Positions 39,207 through 49,578 of a stretch of 64,000 nt of DNA are shown here, in pieces. Numbering within the stretch: the first letter of the stretch is position 1; every line of letters begins with the position of its first letter. The stretch lies in NCBI GenBank assembly GCA_963758495.1, contig CAVWVI010000004.1, positions 640,001 through 704,000 of the forward strand. Direction: 5' to 3'. Below the pieces are notes generated by a model, which worked only from the letters and a program-made list of their open reading frames with translations, ran no database searches and was not told the DNA's origin. The position numbers and the translations under genes were made by a program. The DNA is from Oligoflexia bacterium. Its GTDB lineage: Bacteria > Bdellovibrionota > UBA1018.

Positions 39207-40454
39207 ATGACTCAATCTCATTTGCATTCCCCTTTAAATCGAGTTTTTTGGATTGTCCTGGATGGCGTAGGTGCCGGAGAGTTACCTGACGCAACTAGCT
39301 ATGGAGATCTCGGATCCAATACTTTGGGAAATCTTTCAAAAGCTTTTCAAGAAAAAACAGGGCGGCCTCTGCAACTCCCTCACCTAGAAGCTCTAGGTTT
39401 GGCAAATATTACCCCGATGCAAGGCCTCACGCCGAAAAATCCAGGATCAGGACAAGGTGCATTTGGAAAAGCCATCGAACTTTCTCAAGGGAAGGATACT
39501 ACTTCTGGACATTGGGAAATGGCTGGACTTGTCCTGACAACTCCTTTCACCACTTATCCTCACGGTTTTTCTGACGAGATCATTCAGCGATGGGTCAAAG
39601 AAAATGATTTACCTGGGGTCTTAGGAAACAAGGCTGCCAGCGGCACTGAGATTATTGACGAACTGGGTGCAGAGCACATCCGGACGGGCAAACCCATCCT
39701 TTACACAAGTGCAGATAGCGTTTGGCAAGTCGCAGCTCATGAAAGTACTTTTGGTCTTGAGAGACTTTATAAAATTTGTAAATCAGCTCGACATCTTTGT
39801 GATGAACTTCAAGTGAGCCGTGTCATTGCTCGGCCCTTTATTGGAGACCCCACACAGGGTCAGCCTTTTAAGAGAACTTATAATCGCAAAGATTATGCAC
39901 AACAACCCTCCTCTGATACTTACCTAGACGTACTTTGCCAAGCGAAGATCCCCACACTTGGAATTGGCAAAATATCTAATATTTACGCAGGTAAGGGAAT
40001 TCAATCTAATATTGATACTCATGGCAATACTGATGGAATCAAAACTTTATTGGATCAAATGGACACTGTTCATTCTGGATTGATTTTTTGCAACTTGATC
40101 GATTTTGATATGCTGTACGGCCATCGCAGGGATGTGCTTGGCTTTGGACATGCCTTAGAAGAGTTTGATCTTGCCATGCCTGAAATTCAAAAAAGACTGA
40201 GAGCCCAGGACCTTCTTATTATTACTGCGGATCACGGAAATGACCCCACCTATCCAGGCACGGATCACACCCGAGAGTACATTCCTCTTCTTGCCTTGAG
40301 TCCAGCCCAGAAAATAAAAGGCCCTGTAGATATTGGAATTCGAACGAGCTTTGCCGATGTGGGAGCGACAATTGTTGACGCTCTCCTTGGAACCCTTCCC
40401 CAGGGAACAGGACTTGCTGGTAAATCCTTTTTGCCAGAACTGGGATTAAATTAG
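39207..40454 (+). CDS. deoB: Phosphopentomutase
   Basis: IVLDGVG, GKDTTSGHWE, YTSADSV, RVIARPF, DMLYGHRRD and ADHGNDPT..GTDHTREY. Confidence 0.97.
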   Translation: MTQSHLHSPLNRVFWIVLDGVGAGELPDATSYGDLGSNTLGNLSKAFQEKTGRPLQLPHLEALGLANITPMQGLTPKNPGSGQGAFGKAIELSQGKDTTSGHWEMAGLVLTTPFTTYPHGFSDEIIQRWVKENDLPGVLGNKAASGTEIIDELGAEHIRTGKPILYTSADSVWQVAAHESTFGLERLYKICKSARHLCDELQVSRVIARPFIGDPTQGQPFKRTYNRKDYAQQPSSDTYLDVLCQAKIPTLGIGKISNIYAGKGIQSNIDTHGNTDGIKTLLDQMDTVHSGLIFCNLIDFDMLYGHRRDVLGFGHALEEFDLAMPEIQKRLRAQDLLIITADHGNDPTYPGTDHTREYIPLLALSPAQKIKGPVDIGIRTSFADVGATIVDALLGTLPQGTGLAGKSFLPELGLN

Positions 40455-40468
40455 AATAGTTTATTTTT

Positions 40469-41794
40469 ATGAATCATACACCTTCCTGGATTATCCAAAA
40501 AAAGCGCGATGGAAAAGAATTAAAAAGAGAAGAAATTAGAGAGTTCATTCAAGGCATCTCATCAGGAGCCGTAATGGACTATCAAGCAAGCGCATTTTTA
40601 ATGGCTGTCTATTTTCGAGGAATGACTTTAGACGAAACTGTAGCTCTTACAGAAGTCATGCTGGAAAGTGGCGAGCGCTACGACCTATCAAAAATTTCCG
40701 GACCCAAAGTAGATAAGCACTCAACTGGCGGAGTGGGAGATAAGGTATCTTTGATTCTTGCTCCGTTGGCAGTCGCCTGTGGCTTAAAAGTACCGATGAT
40801 GTCCGGCCGTGGGTTAGGTCATAGCGGAGGCACATTAGATAAATTAGAGTCTATAGCAGGATTTAATGTGAATTTATCAAAAGAACGTTTTGAAGAAGTG
40901 CTCGCCGGCGTGGGCTGTGCCATGACTGGACAAACGGATCAAATCGCGCCTGCTGACAAAAAACTTTATGCCTTAAGAGATGTCACAGCAACTGTCGAAT
41001 GTATTCCTTTAATCACTGCTTCCATTTTATCCAAAAAGCTAGCAGAGGGAGCAACTGCGCTCGTCCTGGATGTGAAAGTTGGAAGTGGCGCTTTTATGAA
41101 AACCCGCTCACAAGCGCAGAAGCTTGCGAAGACTTTAATTCGGGTTGCAAAAAAAATGAATCTCCCCTGCCGTGCAATTCTTACGAGCATGAATCAACCC
41201 CTCGGATATGCCGTAGGGAATTCAATCGAAGTGAAAGAATGCATTGAAATTTTGAAGAATGAAAAAAATTCTGACTTCTGTTCTGCTGACCTTAAAGAAC
41301 TGACCATTCATCTTTGTGCTCATATGTTGGACATTGGCGGCATCAGCCGAAACTTGGCTGATGGAAGAAAACTAGCTCATAGTCGGCTTGCCGATGGAAG
41401 CGCATGGAAAATATTTCAAAACCTGGTGCAAGCACAAGGCGGAGATGTCGCAAAAATAAGTAATCCCAACAAATTTGAAACAGCTCCTCGATGTATCACA
41501 TGGAAATCAAAAAAACGCGGATTCATAGGCAAAATGAATACTGAAGAACTCGGTAGAATCTTAGTTGAACTCGGTGGTGGAAGAAGAAAGACGAGTGATC
41601 TGATCGACCCCAGCGTAGGAATGATCTTTCATAAAAAGCTAGGCAACAAGGTTCAAATGGGCGACCCCCTTGTCACGATTTACGCGAATGCCAATTGTGA
41701 CTTAAATCCCATTGAAGCGCAGTTTCATCAGTCGGTGGAAATCACTACAGCTCGAAAGCCTGTACCCAAATTGATTTTCGAACAATACTCTTGA
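40469..41794 (+). CDS. pdp: Thymidine/pyrimidine-nucleoside phosphorylase
   Basis: KKRDG, DKHSTGGVGDK, SGRGLGHSGGTLDKLESI and LDVKVGSGAFMK. Confidence 0.95.
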   Translation: MNHTPSWIIQKKRDGKELKREEIREFIQGISSGAVMDYQASAFLMAVYFRGMTLDETVALTEVMLESGERYDLSKISGPKVDKHSTGGVGDKVSLILAPLAVACGLKVPMMSGRGLGHSGGTLDKLESIAGFNVNLSKERFEEVLAGVGCAMTGQTDQIAPADKKLYALRDVTATVECIPLITASILSKKLAEGATALVLDVKVGSGAFMKTRSQAQKLAKTLIRVAKKMNLPCRAILTSMNQPLGYAVGNSIEVKECIEILKNEKNSDFCSADLKELTIHLCAHMLDIGGISRNLADGRKLAHSRLADGSAWKIFQNLVQAQGGDVAKISNPNKFETAPRCITWKSKKRGFIGKMNTEELGRILVELGGGRRKTSDLIDPSVGMIFHKKLGNKVQMGDPLVTIYANANCDLNPIEAQFHQSVEITTARKPVPKLIFEQYS

Positions 41795-41825
41795 GCCAAT
41801 CATTATCATTATAAAAAGGATATTT

Positions 41826-42716
41826 ATGAAAGAACCCCAGATTTACCAAAGACTTCGTGAAACAGTAGATGCCATTCAAAAACGCTGCTCCATGCAGCCA
41901 AAGATTGGTTTAATCCTAGGCTCAGGACTCGGCTCCATTGCAGAACAAATGACTGACACGGTCACTCTTCCCTATTCTGAAATTCCTCACTTTCACACCA
42001 CGGCAGTAGAAGGTCATGCAGGGAAAATGATTTTTGGCAAAATGAACGATATTCCCGTCGTTCTCCTTCAAGGACGGTTTCATTTCTATGAAGGCCATTC
42101 TATGGAAGAAGTCGTTTTTCCTACTCGAACGATTTGCGCTTTAGGAATTCATACCTTGGTCTTGACGAATGCGGCAGGAGCTGTCAATACTCGACTTAGG
42201 CCGGGGGATTTAATGCTCATCGAAGATCACTTAAATCTAATGGGAGATAATCCACTCAGGGGGCCACATCTCGCTCAATTGGGTGCAAGATTTCCTGACT
42301 TATGCGAAGCATACAATAAGTCCTGTTTAGAAATCATTAAAACAGCGGCAAAAGAACTGGAAATTTCTCTCCACACTGGAGTGTATGCCGGTCTCTTAGG
42401 CCCTAGTTACGAAACCCCAGCTGAAGTGAGAATGTTGCGTGTTTTGGGTGCAGATGCAGTTGGTATGTCAACAGTACCTGAAAGTATTGCGGCTAATCAT
42501 TTAGGAATTCGTGTCACAGGACTCAGTTGCATTACTAATCTAGCAGCAGGACTTTCTCCTCATAAACTTTCTCATCAAGAAGTCATGAGTACTTCGCAAG
42601 CTGCTACAAATAAAATCAAGGCTTTACTCTTGGCCGCAATTCCTCGAATGGCTCACCACACTCCAGAAAGGCATCCTGATGAGTTCACAAATAGAAAACG
42701 CATCTCCGGAAATTAA
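41826..42716 (+). CDS. punA: Purine-nucleoside phosphorylase (trimeric type)
   Basis: ILGSGLG, GRFHFYEG, TNAAG, GPSYETPAE and GADAVGMSTVPE. Confidence 0.94.
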   Translation: MKEPQIYQRLRETVDAIQKRCSMQPKIGLILGSGLGSIAEQMTDTVTLPYSEIPHFHTTAVEGHAGKMIFGKMNDIPVVLLQGRFHFYEGHSMEEVVFPTRTICALGIHTLVLTNAAGAVNTRLRPGDLMLIEDHLNLMGDNPLRGPHLAQLGARFPDLCEAYNKSCLEIIKTAAKELEISLHTGVYAGLLGPSYETPAEVRMLRVLGADAVGMSTVPESIAANHLGIRVTGLSCITNLAAGLSPHKLSHQEVMSTSQAATNKIKALLLAAIPRMAHHTPERHPDEFTNRKRISGN

Positions 42717-43104
42717 AGAGCTATTTAAATTAGCGAATCTTGCTCGAGAGAAGTCTTACTCGCCCTACAGTGGTCATAAAGTAGGTGCAGCCATTCTCAC
42801 TTCCAATGGAATCCTATTTACAGGATGCAATATTGAAAACTCCTCCTTTGGAGCCACTGTGTGTGCCGAGCGGGTTGCCATTCAAAAAGCTATCAGTGAA
42901 TTAGGTCACATCCAAATCACAGCCGTTTTAGTCATAACGGATGCAAGTCCACCTTGGCCACCCTGTGGAATATGCCGACAGGTCATGGGAGAATTTGGAA
43001 ATAAAATCACCGTTTATATGGCCAATACTCATGGAGCCTACCGAACTTTAGCTTTTCATGAACTTTTTCCACATGCATTTACACCTTCTCATCTAATTCC
43101 CTGA
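42679..43104 (+). CDS. cdd: Cytidine deaminase
   Basis: YSPYS, GCNIEN, CAERVAI and PCGICRQ. Confidence 0.96.
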   Translation: MSSQIENASPEIKELFKLANLAREKSYSPYSGHKVGAAILTSNGILFTGCNIENSSFGATVCAERVAIQKAISELGHIQITAVLVITDASPPWPPCGICRQVMGEFGNKITVYMANTHGAYRTLAFHELFPHAFTPSHLIP

Positions 43105-43125
43105 GTCCCTTAACCTGAACTGAGG

Positions 43126-43186
43126 CTAAGTATCTTTAAAAAAAATACCTAAGTATCTTTAAAAAAATACCTAAGTATCTTTAAAA
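43126..43186 (+). repeat. Tandem repeat of about 22 bp (CTAAGTATCTTTAAAAAAA[A]TAC) x2.7
   Basis: Copies start at 43126, 43149 and 43171; no spacers. Confidence 0.9.
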
Positions 43187-43233
43187 GAGATAAATATTGC
43201 CAAAAATACCCCCTTAGTTTATAAACTGATGCC

Positions 43234-44736
43234 ATGTGTCATAATCAGACGCTTTTTATTAGTTTTTTTTTACTATTTAATCTACTCCAAGTAGCTTCTG
43301 CAAAAGTCTACGATTGGACCGTCATGAGTTCTCATGACCTTGAAGTGGTTGAAAACTCTCAAATAGAAGCCGAATTTCGATTAGCCCTGATTAACAATGC
43401 TAAAGAAAGCATTGATGTTGCAACATTTGACCAACGTTCCGATAAACTCGTTGGATTACCTATTTTAAAAGCCTTGAAAAATGCTGCTGACCGCGGCGTC
43501 GCAGTCCGCTTTATTCGAGGCAGTTATGTAACTACTGCATTTAATCAATATTATTCTGAACCGACTTTACATGACCCTGTTTATAAAACATTGATGAATC
43601 CTCCTGCTAAAAGTCCAATTCAGTATATTTTAGTAGGCGGATATCAGATGTTAATGAAAGGATGGTCCGTCTTTGCAGGTGCCCATGAGAAACTATTGCT
43701 CATTGATGGTCGCATCGCTTTAGTAACAGGAAGAGGGAATGCAAAAGCCTATTTAAATTGGCTGGATACCTGTTTTATATTTAAAGGCCCACTGGTGAAT
43801 CAAGCTCAAGATGGTTTTAACTTACTCTGGGATTCTGTCCGTCGAGAGAACAACATTCAGGAAAAACCCACTCTGTCTAAAAACGCCTCTCAAACCACAA
43901 CCCTTCAAAGCGAATCAGTGCACCTCCAAGAATCCCACTTTTCTCTGAATAAAAAAGAAAGAAACAGACTCCAGCACCTCAAATCTTGGGCCAATCAGCC
44001 GCCGCAAGACCCTACTCATTTGCCTGCATCCCAAAAACTTAAAGCAAGAGTCCTTCATCATGATTTCTTGAACCAAATGAAAAGATTGTGCAAAAAACTT
44101 CCATGGTTTTATAATTACTTTAGATGTTCGAAACAAATTCAGGATCCCATTCTGAACGAACTGATTCAGTTGGTCGAAAAATCTCAAAAAATACAGTTTT
44201 ATACCACAGGACCCAATCTACAAGATCAATTAAAACAAGCCATTACGGTTCGTCTCAAGGAAAATAATTCAAACCAGGGAAGAGACTTTAATTTAGAATT
44301 GATGACAAACAGCAAGGAAGCCTATCAACTCATTTTTCCTTATCCTTTCGCCTGGTATACTGGACTCCCTATATTAAACGAACTTCTCCAAGATGGAGCC
44401 ACGGTTTATACTTTTAATAAAGCTCCCCATACAAACTCCTTGGAGTTTACCCATCGAAAAGTGGCCATTGCTACAATGCCAGATGGAAATGATACCGTTC
44501 TCTTTGGTTCTCATAATTTCAATAGTGCCAGCACCTTCGGGAATGACGAAATGAGCTTCGAGATCCAAAGTCCAGAGTTCGCTGAAAAAATGCGAAAAAT
44601 ATTTAGAAAGAATGTAGCTACAAATGGCTTCAAATTGGATAAAGACGAGATCCAGGCCGAACAAGAGAACAATACCATCCCTGGATTTGGATGGACTTGG
44701 AAACTCCTCTTGGGTATAGCGGAAGCGAATACTTAA
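43234..44736 (+). CDS. Secreted phospholipase D superfamily protein
   Basis: Signal peptide; HEKLLLIDG...TGRGN and HRKVAI...FGSHNFN (two HKD-type motifs). Confidence 0.88.
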   Translation: MCHNQTLFISFFLLFNLLQVASAKVYDWTVMSSHDLEVVENSQIEAEFRLALINNAKESIDVATFDQRSDKLVGLPILKALKNAADRGVAVRFIRGSYVTTAFNQYYSEPTLHDPVYKTLMNPPAKSPIQYILVGGYQMLMKGWSVFAGAHEKLLLIDGRIALVTGRGNAKAYLNWLDTCFIFKGPLVNQAQDGFNLLWDSVRRENNIQEKPTLSKNASQTTTLQSESVHLQESHFSLNKKERNRLQHLKSWANQPPQDPTHLPASQKLKARVLHHDFLNQMKRLCKKLPWFYNYFRCSKQIQDPILNELIQLVEKSQKIQFYTTGPNLQDQLKQAITVRLKENNSNQGRDFNLELMTNSKEAYQLIFPYPFAWYTGLPILNELLQDGATVYTFNKAPHTNSLEFTHRKVAIATMPDGNDTVLFGSHNFNSASTFGNDEMSFEIQSPEFAEKMRKIFRKNVATNGFKLDKDEIQAEQENNTIPGFGWTWKLLLGIAEANT

Positions 44737-44805
44737 CTCACTCAGCTTATTTAAAAACTTTCTTTGTTTCTCCGCTTGGTATAGTAGATTACTCTTATAA
44801 TATTT

Positions 44806-46086
44806 ATGAGAAAATCAATTATTAAAACGGAAATCGCTGCTGGTATCACGACTTTTTTTACAATGGTCTACATTATCATTGTTAACCCCACGGTCCTCTC
44901 GTCACCGGGTGTTGGAATGCCTTTTTCCGGAGTTCTCACCGCAACGATCGCATTAGCTTTTCTCATGACTTTACTTATGGGCGTTTATGCCAAACTTCCA
45001 TTTGCAGTTGCTCCCGGCATGGGAATTAATGCCTTATTTGCTTATACTATTATTTTAAGAAACCAGACTCCCTGGCCTATCGCTTTAGGAATCGTTTTCT
45101 GGTCTGGCATCCTTTTCTTAATTTGTTCACTCACCCCCGTTCGAATAAAAATAGCAGATGCCATTCCTGACAATCTTAAAGTGGCTGCAGCAACTGGAAT
45201 TGGAATTTTTCTTGCCTTTATAGGCCTTAAAAATGCGGGCTTGATTGTCCATGACCCTATTACGTTAGTTCGATTAGGAATGCTCAACCGTAAGTCGGTG
45301 TTTGTGATCCTAGGCCTTTCCTTAATGATCTTAATGGTACGCAAAAAAAACCCATTTGCTTTTCTAGCCGGAATCGGTCTGGTTACTCTCCTAGGATTCA
45401 TGGATGGCCAAGTCCATCTGCCTTCCGTACTCTTCAGTAGGCCTGACTTTCAATCTGTCTTTTTAAAGCTGGATCTTAAGAACTCTTTAAAAATCATATT
45501 TATCCCTTCAATGATTGCTATCCTATTCACTGATTTGTTTGACTCCATTTCAGCATTTATGGGCTGCGCCCAGGCATTAGGAATAAAAGATGAGAAGGGT
45601 CAGCCCAAAAACTTACGAGAAGGGCTGATTGTCGACTCATGGGCAACCCTTTGCGCAGGCCTTTTCGGAACATCCGCGGGAGTGACCTTTATTGAAAGCG
45701 CGGCAGGAATCGAAATAGGTGGACGCACAGGCCGCACTGCTATTGTCACTGCTCTCTGCTTTCTACCCTGCTTCTTTCTCGCTCCTTTGGTCGCCATGGT
45801 CCCCACTTATGCTACGGCTCCGGTTCTCATACTCGTAGGCGCTCTTATGTTTAAAAGCGTAAAAGACATCAAAGTGAATCACTTTGAAGAATTAATTCCT
45901 GCCTTTCTGACCGCCGCCATTATTCCTCTGACTTTCTCCATCACTCAAGGAATCCTTTGGGGACTTATCTCTCATGTGGCTTTGTATTTAGTGGTGGGAA
46001 GACGAAAAGAAATTCCACCCATGCTCTATGGGCTTGCAGGTATTGCCATCATGATGTTGGTAATTGAAAGTTATCGTTATACTTGA
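44806..46086 (+). CDS. NCS2-family (AzgA/PbuG) purine permease
   Basis: EIAAGITTFFTMVYII, PFAVAPGMG, FIESAAG and GGRTG. Confidence 0.95.
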   Translation: MRKSIIKTEIAAGITTFFTMVYIIIVNPTVLSSPGVGMPFSGVLTATIALAFLMTLLMGVYAKLPFAVAPGMGINALFAYTIILRNQTPWPIALGIVFWSGILFLICSLTPVRIKIADAIPDNLKVAAATGIGIFLAFIGLKNAGLIVHDPITLVRLGMLNRKSVFVILGLSLMILMVRKKNPFAFLAGIGLVTLLGFMDGQVHLPSVLFSRPDFQSVFLKLDLKNSLKIIFIPSMIAILFTDLFDSISAFMGCAQALGIKDEKGQPKNLREGLIVDSWATLCAGLFGTSAGVTFIESAAGIEIGGRTGRTAIVTALCFLPCFFLAPLVAMVPTYATAPVLILVGALMFKSVKDIKVNHFEELIPAFLTAAIIPLTFSITQGILWGLISHVALYLVVGRRKEIPPMLYGLAGIAIMMLVIESYRYT

Positions 46087-46242
46087 TTATTACTGCAATA
46101 TTTGATTATTATTGTAACTTATAGTTTGCAGCGGGCAACTATTCCTATTCCATTCCCGCTTTTCCTGTAGGCTGTGAGCGGCTAAAAGAATTCCTGATTT
46201 ACTGTTGACAGATCCGCTCCTTTGAGGCAATTTGCACCGTCT

Positions 46243-46734
46243 ATGTACGCAGTGATTGAGACAGGTGGAAAACAGTATCGTGTGCAACCCGGTGATATTT
46301 TTCAGGTTGAAAAACTTGATGGAGATGTTGGAACTTCTTTAAAGTTTGATCAAGTTCTTTTCTTCAGCAAAGGTGACCCTGAAAATGCACAAATCGCAAT
46401 AGGAAAACCCTATTTAAGCGGTGCTAACGTACAGACCGAAGTCGTTGGACAAGGCCGTGGCGAAAAGATCCTCATCGTCAAGATGAAGCGTCGTAAACAA
46501 TATCGCCGCACCCAAGGCCATCGTCAAAACTACACTCAGCTCTTAGTAACATCAGTAGACAATGGATCTGGCGAAAAAGAGACTTTAACTGCTGATGATA
46601 AAAAAGCTAAACTCACTCAGTTTCAAACTCACTTGAAGCCAAAGGGCGAAGCTTTCACAGCTCCAATCCTAGGCTCACGTAAGAGACTTGCAGCTGCACG
46701 TAATGAAGCTGCACTCAAAGAAAAGAAAATTTAA
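46243..46734 (+). CDS. rplU: 50S ribosomal protein L21 with C-terminal extension
   Basis: MYAVIETGGKQYRV and GHRQ; TTGACA-N17-CAATTT promoter at 46205-46233. Confidence 0.97.
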   Translation: MYAVIETGGKQYRVQPGDIFQVEKLDGDVGTSLKFDQVLFFSKGDPENAQIAIGKPYLSGANVQTEVVGQGRGEKILIVKMKRRKQYRRTQGHRQNYTQLLVTSVDNGSGEKETLTADDKKAKLTQFQTHLKPKGEAFTAPILGSRKRLAAARNEAALKEKKI

Positions 46735-46757
46735 GTTTAAGTCGAGGACCTTAAGTC

Positions 46758-47027
46758 ATGGCACATAAAAAAGCAGGTGGAAGTTCTAGAAACGGTCGCG
46801 ATAGTAATCCTAAAATGCGCGGAGTGAAGCGCTACGGTGGCCAAGAAGTGAACGCAGGTGAAATCCTCGTCCGCCAAGTCGGCACTAAATTTCATCCAGG
46901 CCGTAATGTAGGCCTCGGCAGAGACTTCACTTTGTATGCTTTAATTCCAGGCGTTGTAACTTTTGAACGCTACGATCGAAAGCGCAAGCAAGTCTCCGTT
47001 TACCCAGCAGCGACTCCAGCAGCCTAG
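46758..47027 (+). CDS. rpmA: 50S ribosomal protein L27
   Basis: [16 protein letters not shown]. Confidence 0.99.
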   Translation: MAHKKAGGSSRNGRDSNPKMRGVKRYGGQEVNAGEILVRQVGTKFHPGRNVGLGRDFTLYALIPGVVTFERYDRKRKQVSVYPAATPAA

Positions 47028-47247
47028 TTTATCCTATTGTACGCACATTCAGGCGATAGCTAACACGCAACAGCTTTAGTTTAGGGCTCAATTGTGTATT
47101 TTTTGATAGATAAGGTTATTTATCTTCAAAAGAATAAATTTATTCATCTTATTTGATGTATAAATTTATAATTCTGTAGTATATAAAGCACCGGTAAATT
47201 ATATAACCAATAACCTCAAGCCTGTTGCCTGAAGTAGAGCTATTCTT

Positions 47248-48429
47248 ATGCGTTTCATAGATGAAGCAAAAATTCGTATTATGGGCGGCCACGGCGGCCC
47301 TGGCTGCGTCAGCTTTCGACGAGAGACCTTTATCCCTCGAGGTGGTCCCGATGGGGGCGATGGGGGTGCAGGTGGCCATGTTATTTTTAAGGCGTCCATT
47401 CAACTTGGAACCCTCCAAGATTTTCGATTTAAACGAATCTATCAAGCCCCAAACGGTATGCATGGCTCAGGAGCCAACAAAGCCGGTAGAGATGGCGAAG
47501 ATATTGTGATTCAAATTCCGGTAGGAACTGTCATCAAAGACACTGAAACGGGAGAAATCCTCATTGATTTCACTCAAGATGGGCAGACCTGGACTGCTTG
47601 TAAAGGGGGCCGTGGAGGCAAGGGCAATGCTCATTTTGTCAGCTCTACTTACCAAGCGCCAAAATTTGCCCAACCCGGAGAAGAAGGAACTGCTCGCGAA
47701 ATCACTCTCGAGCTCAAGCTCCTGGCCGATGTAGGTATTATTGGATTTCCAAACGCAGGCAAGTCTACCTTGATATCAAGAATCAGTGCAGCTCGACCTA
47801 AGATTGCTGATTACCCTTTCACCACACTCACTCCCAATCTCGGTGTTGTATCCTTAGCTAACCATCAAAGTTTTGTGGTGGCAGACTTTCCAGGATTAGT
47901 TGAAGGCGCCCATCAAGGAAGAGGATTGGGTCATAAATTTCTTAAACACATTGAAAGAGCCGGACTTTTTGTTCACCTCTTGGATGGAACTCAACTTTTA
48001 GAAGAAGCAACCCGTCCTATTCATCAAGAAGCTGAATCCAACACAGACACAGATAACAGTAAAAAGAAGTACAAATTTGAACATGCGTTAGAGAAGCTGA
48101 TCTACCAATATCAAGCGATTCGCAATGAACTGGGTTTATTTAATGAAAAATTACTTCATAAGCCTGAAATCGTTGTTTTAAATAAATTGGATATTTTAGA
48201 ATCCGATCCTGAACTCGTAGCAGAAGCACGCAACGCTCTTCGAAACCGTATCACCTCAATTCGTGGAACCCACCCACTCCCTCATGAGCCTTTCGTGATC
48301 TCAGCAGTGAGTGGAGCCGGTGTTGAAGATTTACTTTTCTGTATTTATCGAGAGTTACAATCTGCAAAAACAACTGCTCGGCCCAAACGAGCAGAACTCC
48401 TTCCTGATGACGAGGGAATTCGTAAGTGA
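47248..48429 (+). CDS. obgE: GTPase ObgE/CgtA
   Basis: GGPDGGDGG, GFPNAGKST, DYPFTT and NKLD. Confidence 0.98.
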   Translation: MRFIDEAKIRIMGGHGGPGCVSFRRETFIPRGGPDGGDGGAGGHVIFKASIQLGTLQDFRFKRIYQAPNGMHGSGANKAGRDGEDIVIQIPVGTVIKDTETGEILIDFTQDGQTWTACKGGRGGKGNAHFVSSTYQAPKFAQPGEEGTAREITLELKLLADVGIIGFPNAGKSTLISRISAARPKIADYPFTTLTPNLGVVSLANHQSFVVADFPGLVEGAHQGRGLGHKFLKHIERAGLFVHLLDGTQLLEEATRPIHQEAESNTDTDNSKKKYKFEHALEKLIYQYQAIRNELGLFNEKLLHKPEIVVLNKLDILESDPELVAEARNALRNRITSIRGTHPLPHEPFVISAVSGAGVEDLLFCIYRELQSAKTTARPKRAELLPDDEGIRK

Positions 48430-49145
48430 CCTCATCGACTCTCAAGCCTCCTCAGTGGAATGAGGTTACTGCGGTTTTTGGAGGTCGATTTGACCCTCCT
48501 CACCTAGGTCATCGCGAAGCTGTAAAAGGGCTTTTTAAAGATCCAGGAATTAAACAAGTCTTGATTCTTCCATCGGCAACTCCTCCTCATAAATCAACGT
48601 GGGCGAGTGCAGAGGACCGGGCAGAGATGGCTCAACTCAACTTTAAGTCAACTGGACAGAGCCCCATGCCGAGCGAAATTACCATTGACCTACGTGAAAT
48701 CGATCGAGCGAAGCTCAGGCCCGATTTACCCAGTTATAGCTATGATTCAATCCTTACACTCCGGCAAGAAATTCCAAAGCTTGCATTTGTGATGGGTTCA
48801 GATCAACTCGTTTCATTTTCTAGTTGGTACCGCTTTCCAGAAATTTTAAAATTATGTCATTGGATCGTACTGGAAAGACGACCCGTTGATTCTGGATCTT
48901 GCCAATTCACTTTACACGAATGGATCGCCAGTGGACTGATTCAGGCTGCCCATTCTAATTTATGGCAAATCCAAAATAGTTCCACTTTTTTAACTTTAGC
49001 GCCCACTGAAGCCCCCCCTTTATCTTCAACGGGTATCCGAGAATCGATTGCGCGTACAGGTGCTCTCCCTACAGGGTCGGTCCTAGGCGAGGTTTCTCGG
49101 TATTTGAAGATTAAACAACTCTATGGTATGAGAAATATCGAATGA
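48426..49145 (+). CDS. nadD: Nicotinate-nucleotide adenylyltransferase
   Basis: FGGRFDPPHLGH, MGSD and SSTGIR; conserved synteny. Confidence 0.93.
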   Translation: MTSSTLKPPQWNEVTAVFGGRFDPPHLGHREAVKGLFKDPGIKQVLILPSATPPHKSTWASAEDRAEMAQLNFKSTGQSPMPSEITIDLREIDRAKLRPDLPSYSYDSILTLRQEIPKLAFVMGSDQLVSFSSWYRFPEILKLCHWIVLERRPVDSGSCQFTLHEWIASGLIQAAHSNLWQIQNSSTFLTLAPTEAPPLSSTGIRESIARTGALPTGSVLGEVSRYLKIKQLYGMRNIE

Positions 49146-49567
49146 CAAATGAAAAAGTACGGTCCGAAACTGATTTAGCGGCAATTGAAGATCCTTCCTG
49201 CCGCAAAGCTCTCAATTGCGCACGAGCAGCAATCGATAAAAAAGCTGAAAACGTTAAGATTTTAAACTTATCCGGCATTTCCGGATTTACTGATTATTTT
49301 GTAATTTGTAGTGGAATGTCAGACCGCCAAGTACAAGCCATAGCGGATTCAGTGGGACACACCATGGAATCTGAAGGATACGAAACTTTGTCCTCTGAGG
49401 GCTACTCCGAAGGCCGCTGGGTTTTAATGGATTTCGGTGATGTGGTTGTTCATGTATTTCTGAATGCTCTCCGTGATTATTATGACCTTGAAAACCTGTG
49501 GTCAGATGCACCTACGGTAAAAGTTCCTTCTGAATACTACGGATCAGCCGCAAGTCGCCTCAATTAA
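49142..49567 (+). CDS. rsfS: Ribosome silencing factor
   Basis: DKKAE, DYFVICSG, WVLMDFGDVVVHVF and YDLENLW. Confidence 0.96.
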   Translation: MTNEKVRSETDLAAIEDPSCRKALNCARAAIDKKAENVKILNLSGISGFTDYFVICSGMSDRQVQAIADSVGHTMESEGYETLSSEGYSEGRWVLMDFGDVVVHVFLNALRDYYDLENLWSDAPTVKVPSEYYGSAASRLN

Positions 49568-49578
49568 GACCCCCTGTT

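Noticed and set aside
43126..43186. Three ~22-bp repeats as a mini CRISPR array
   Set aside because: The copies are contiguous with no unique spacers, and there are no cas genes; this is a plain tandem duplication.
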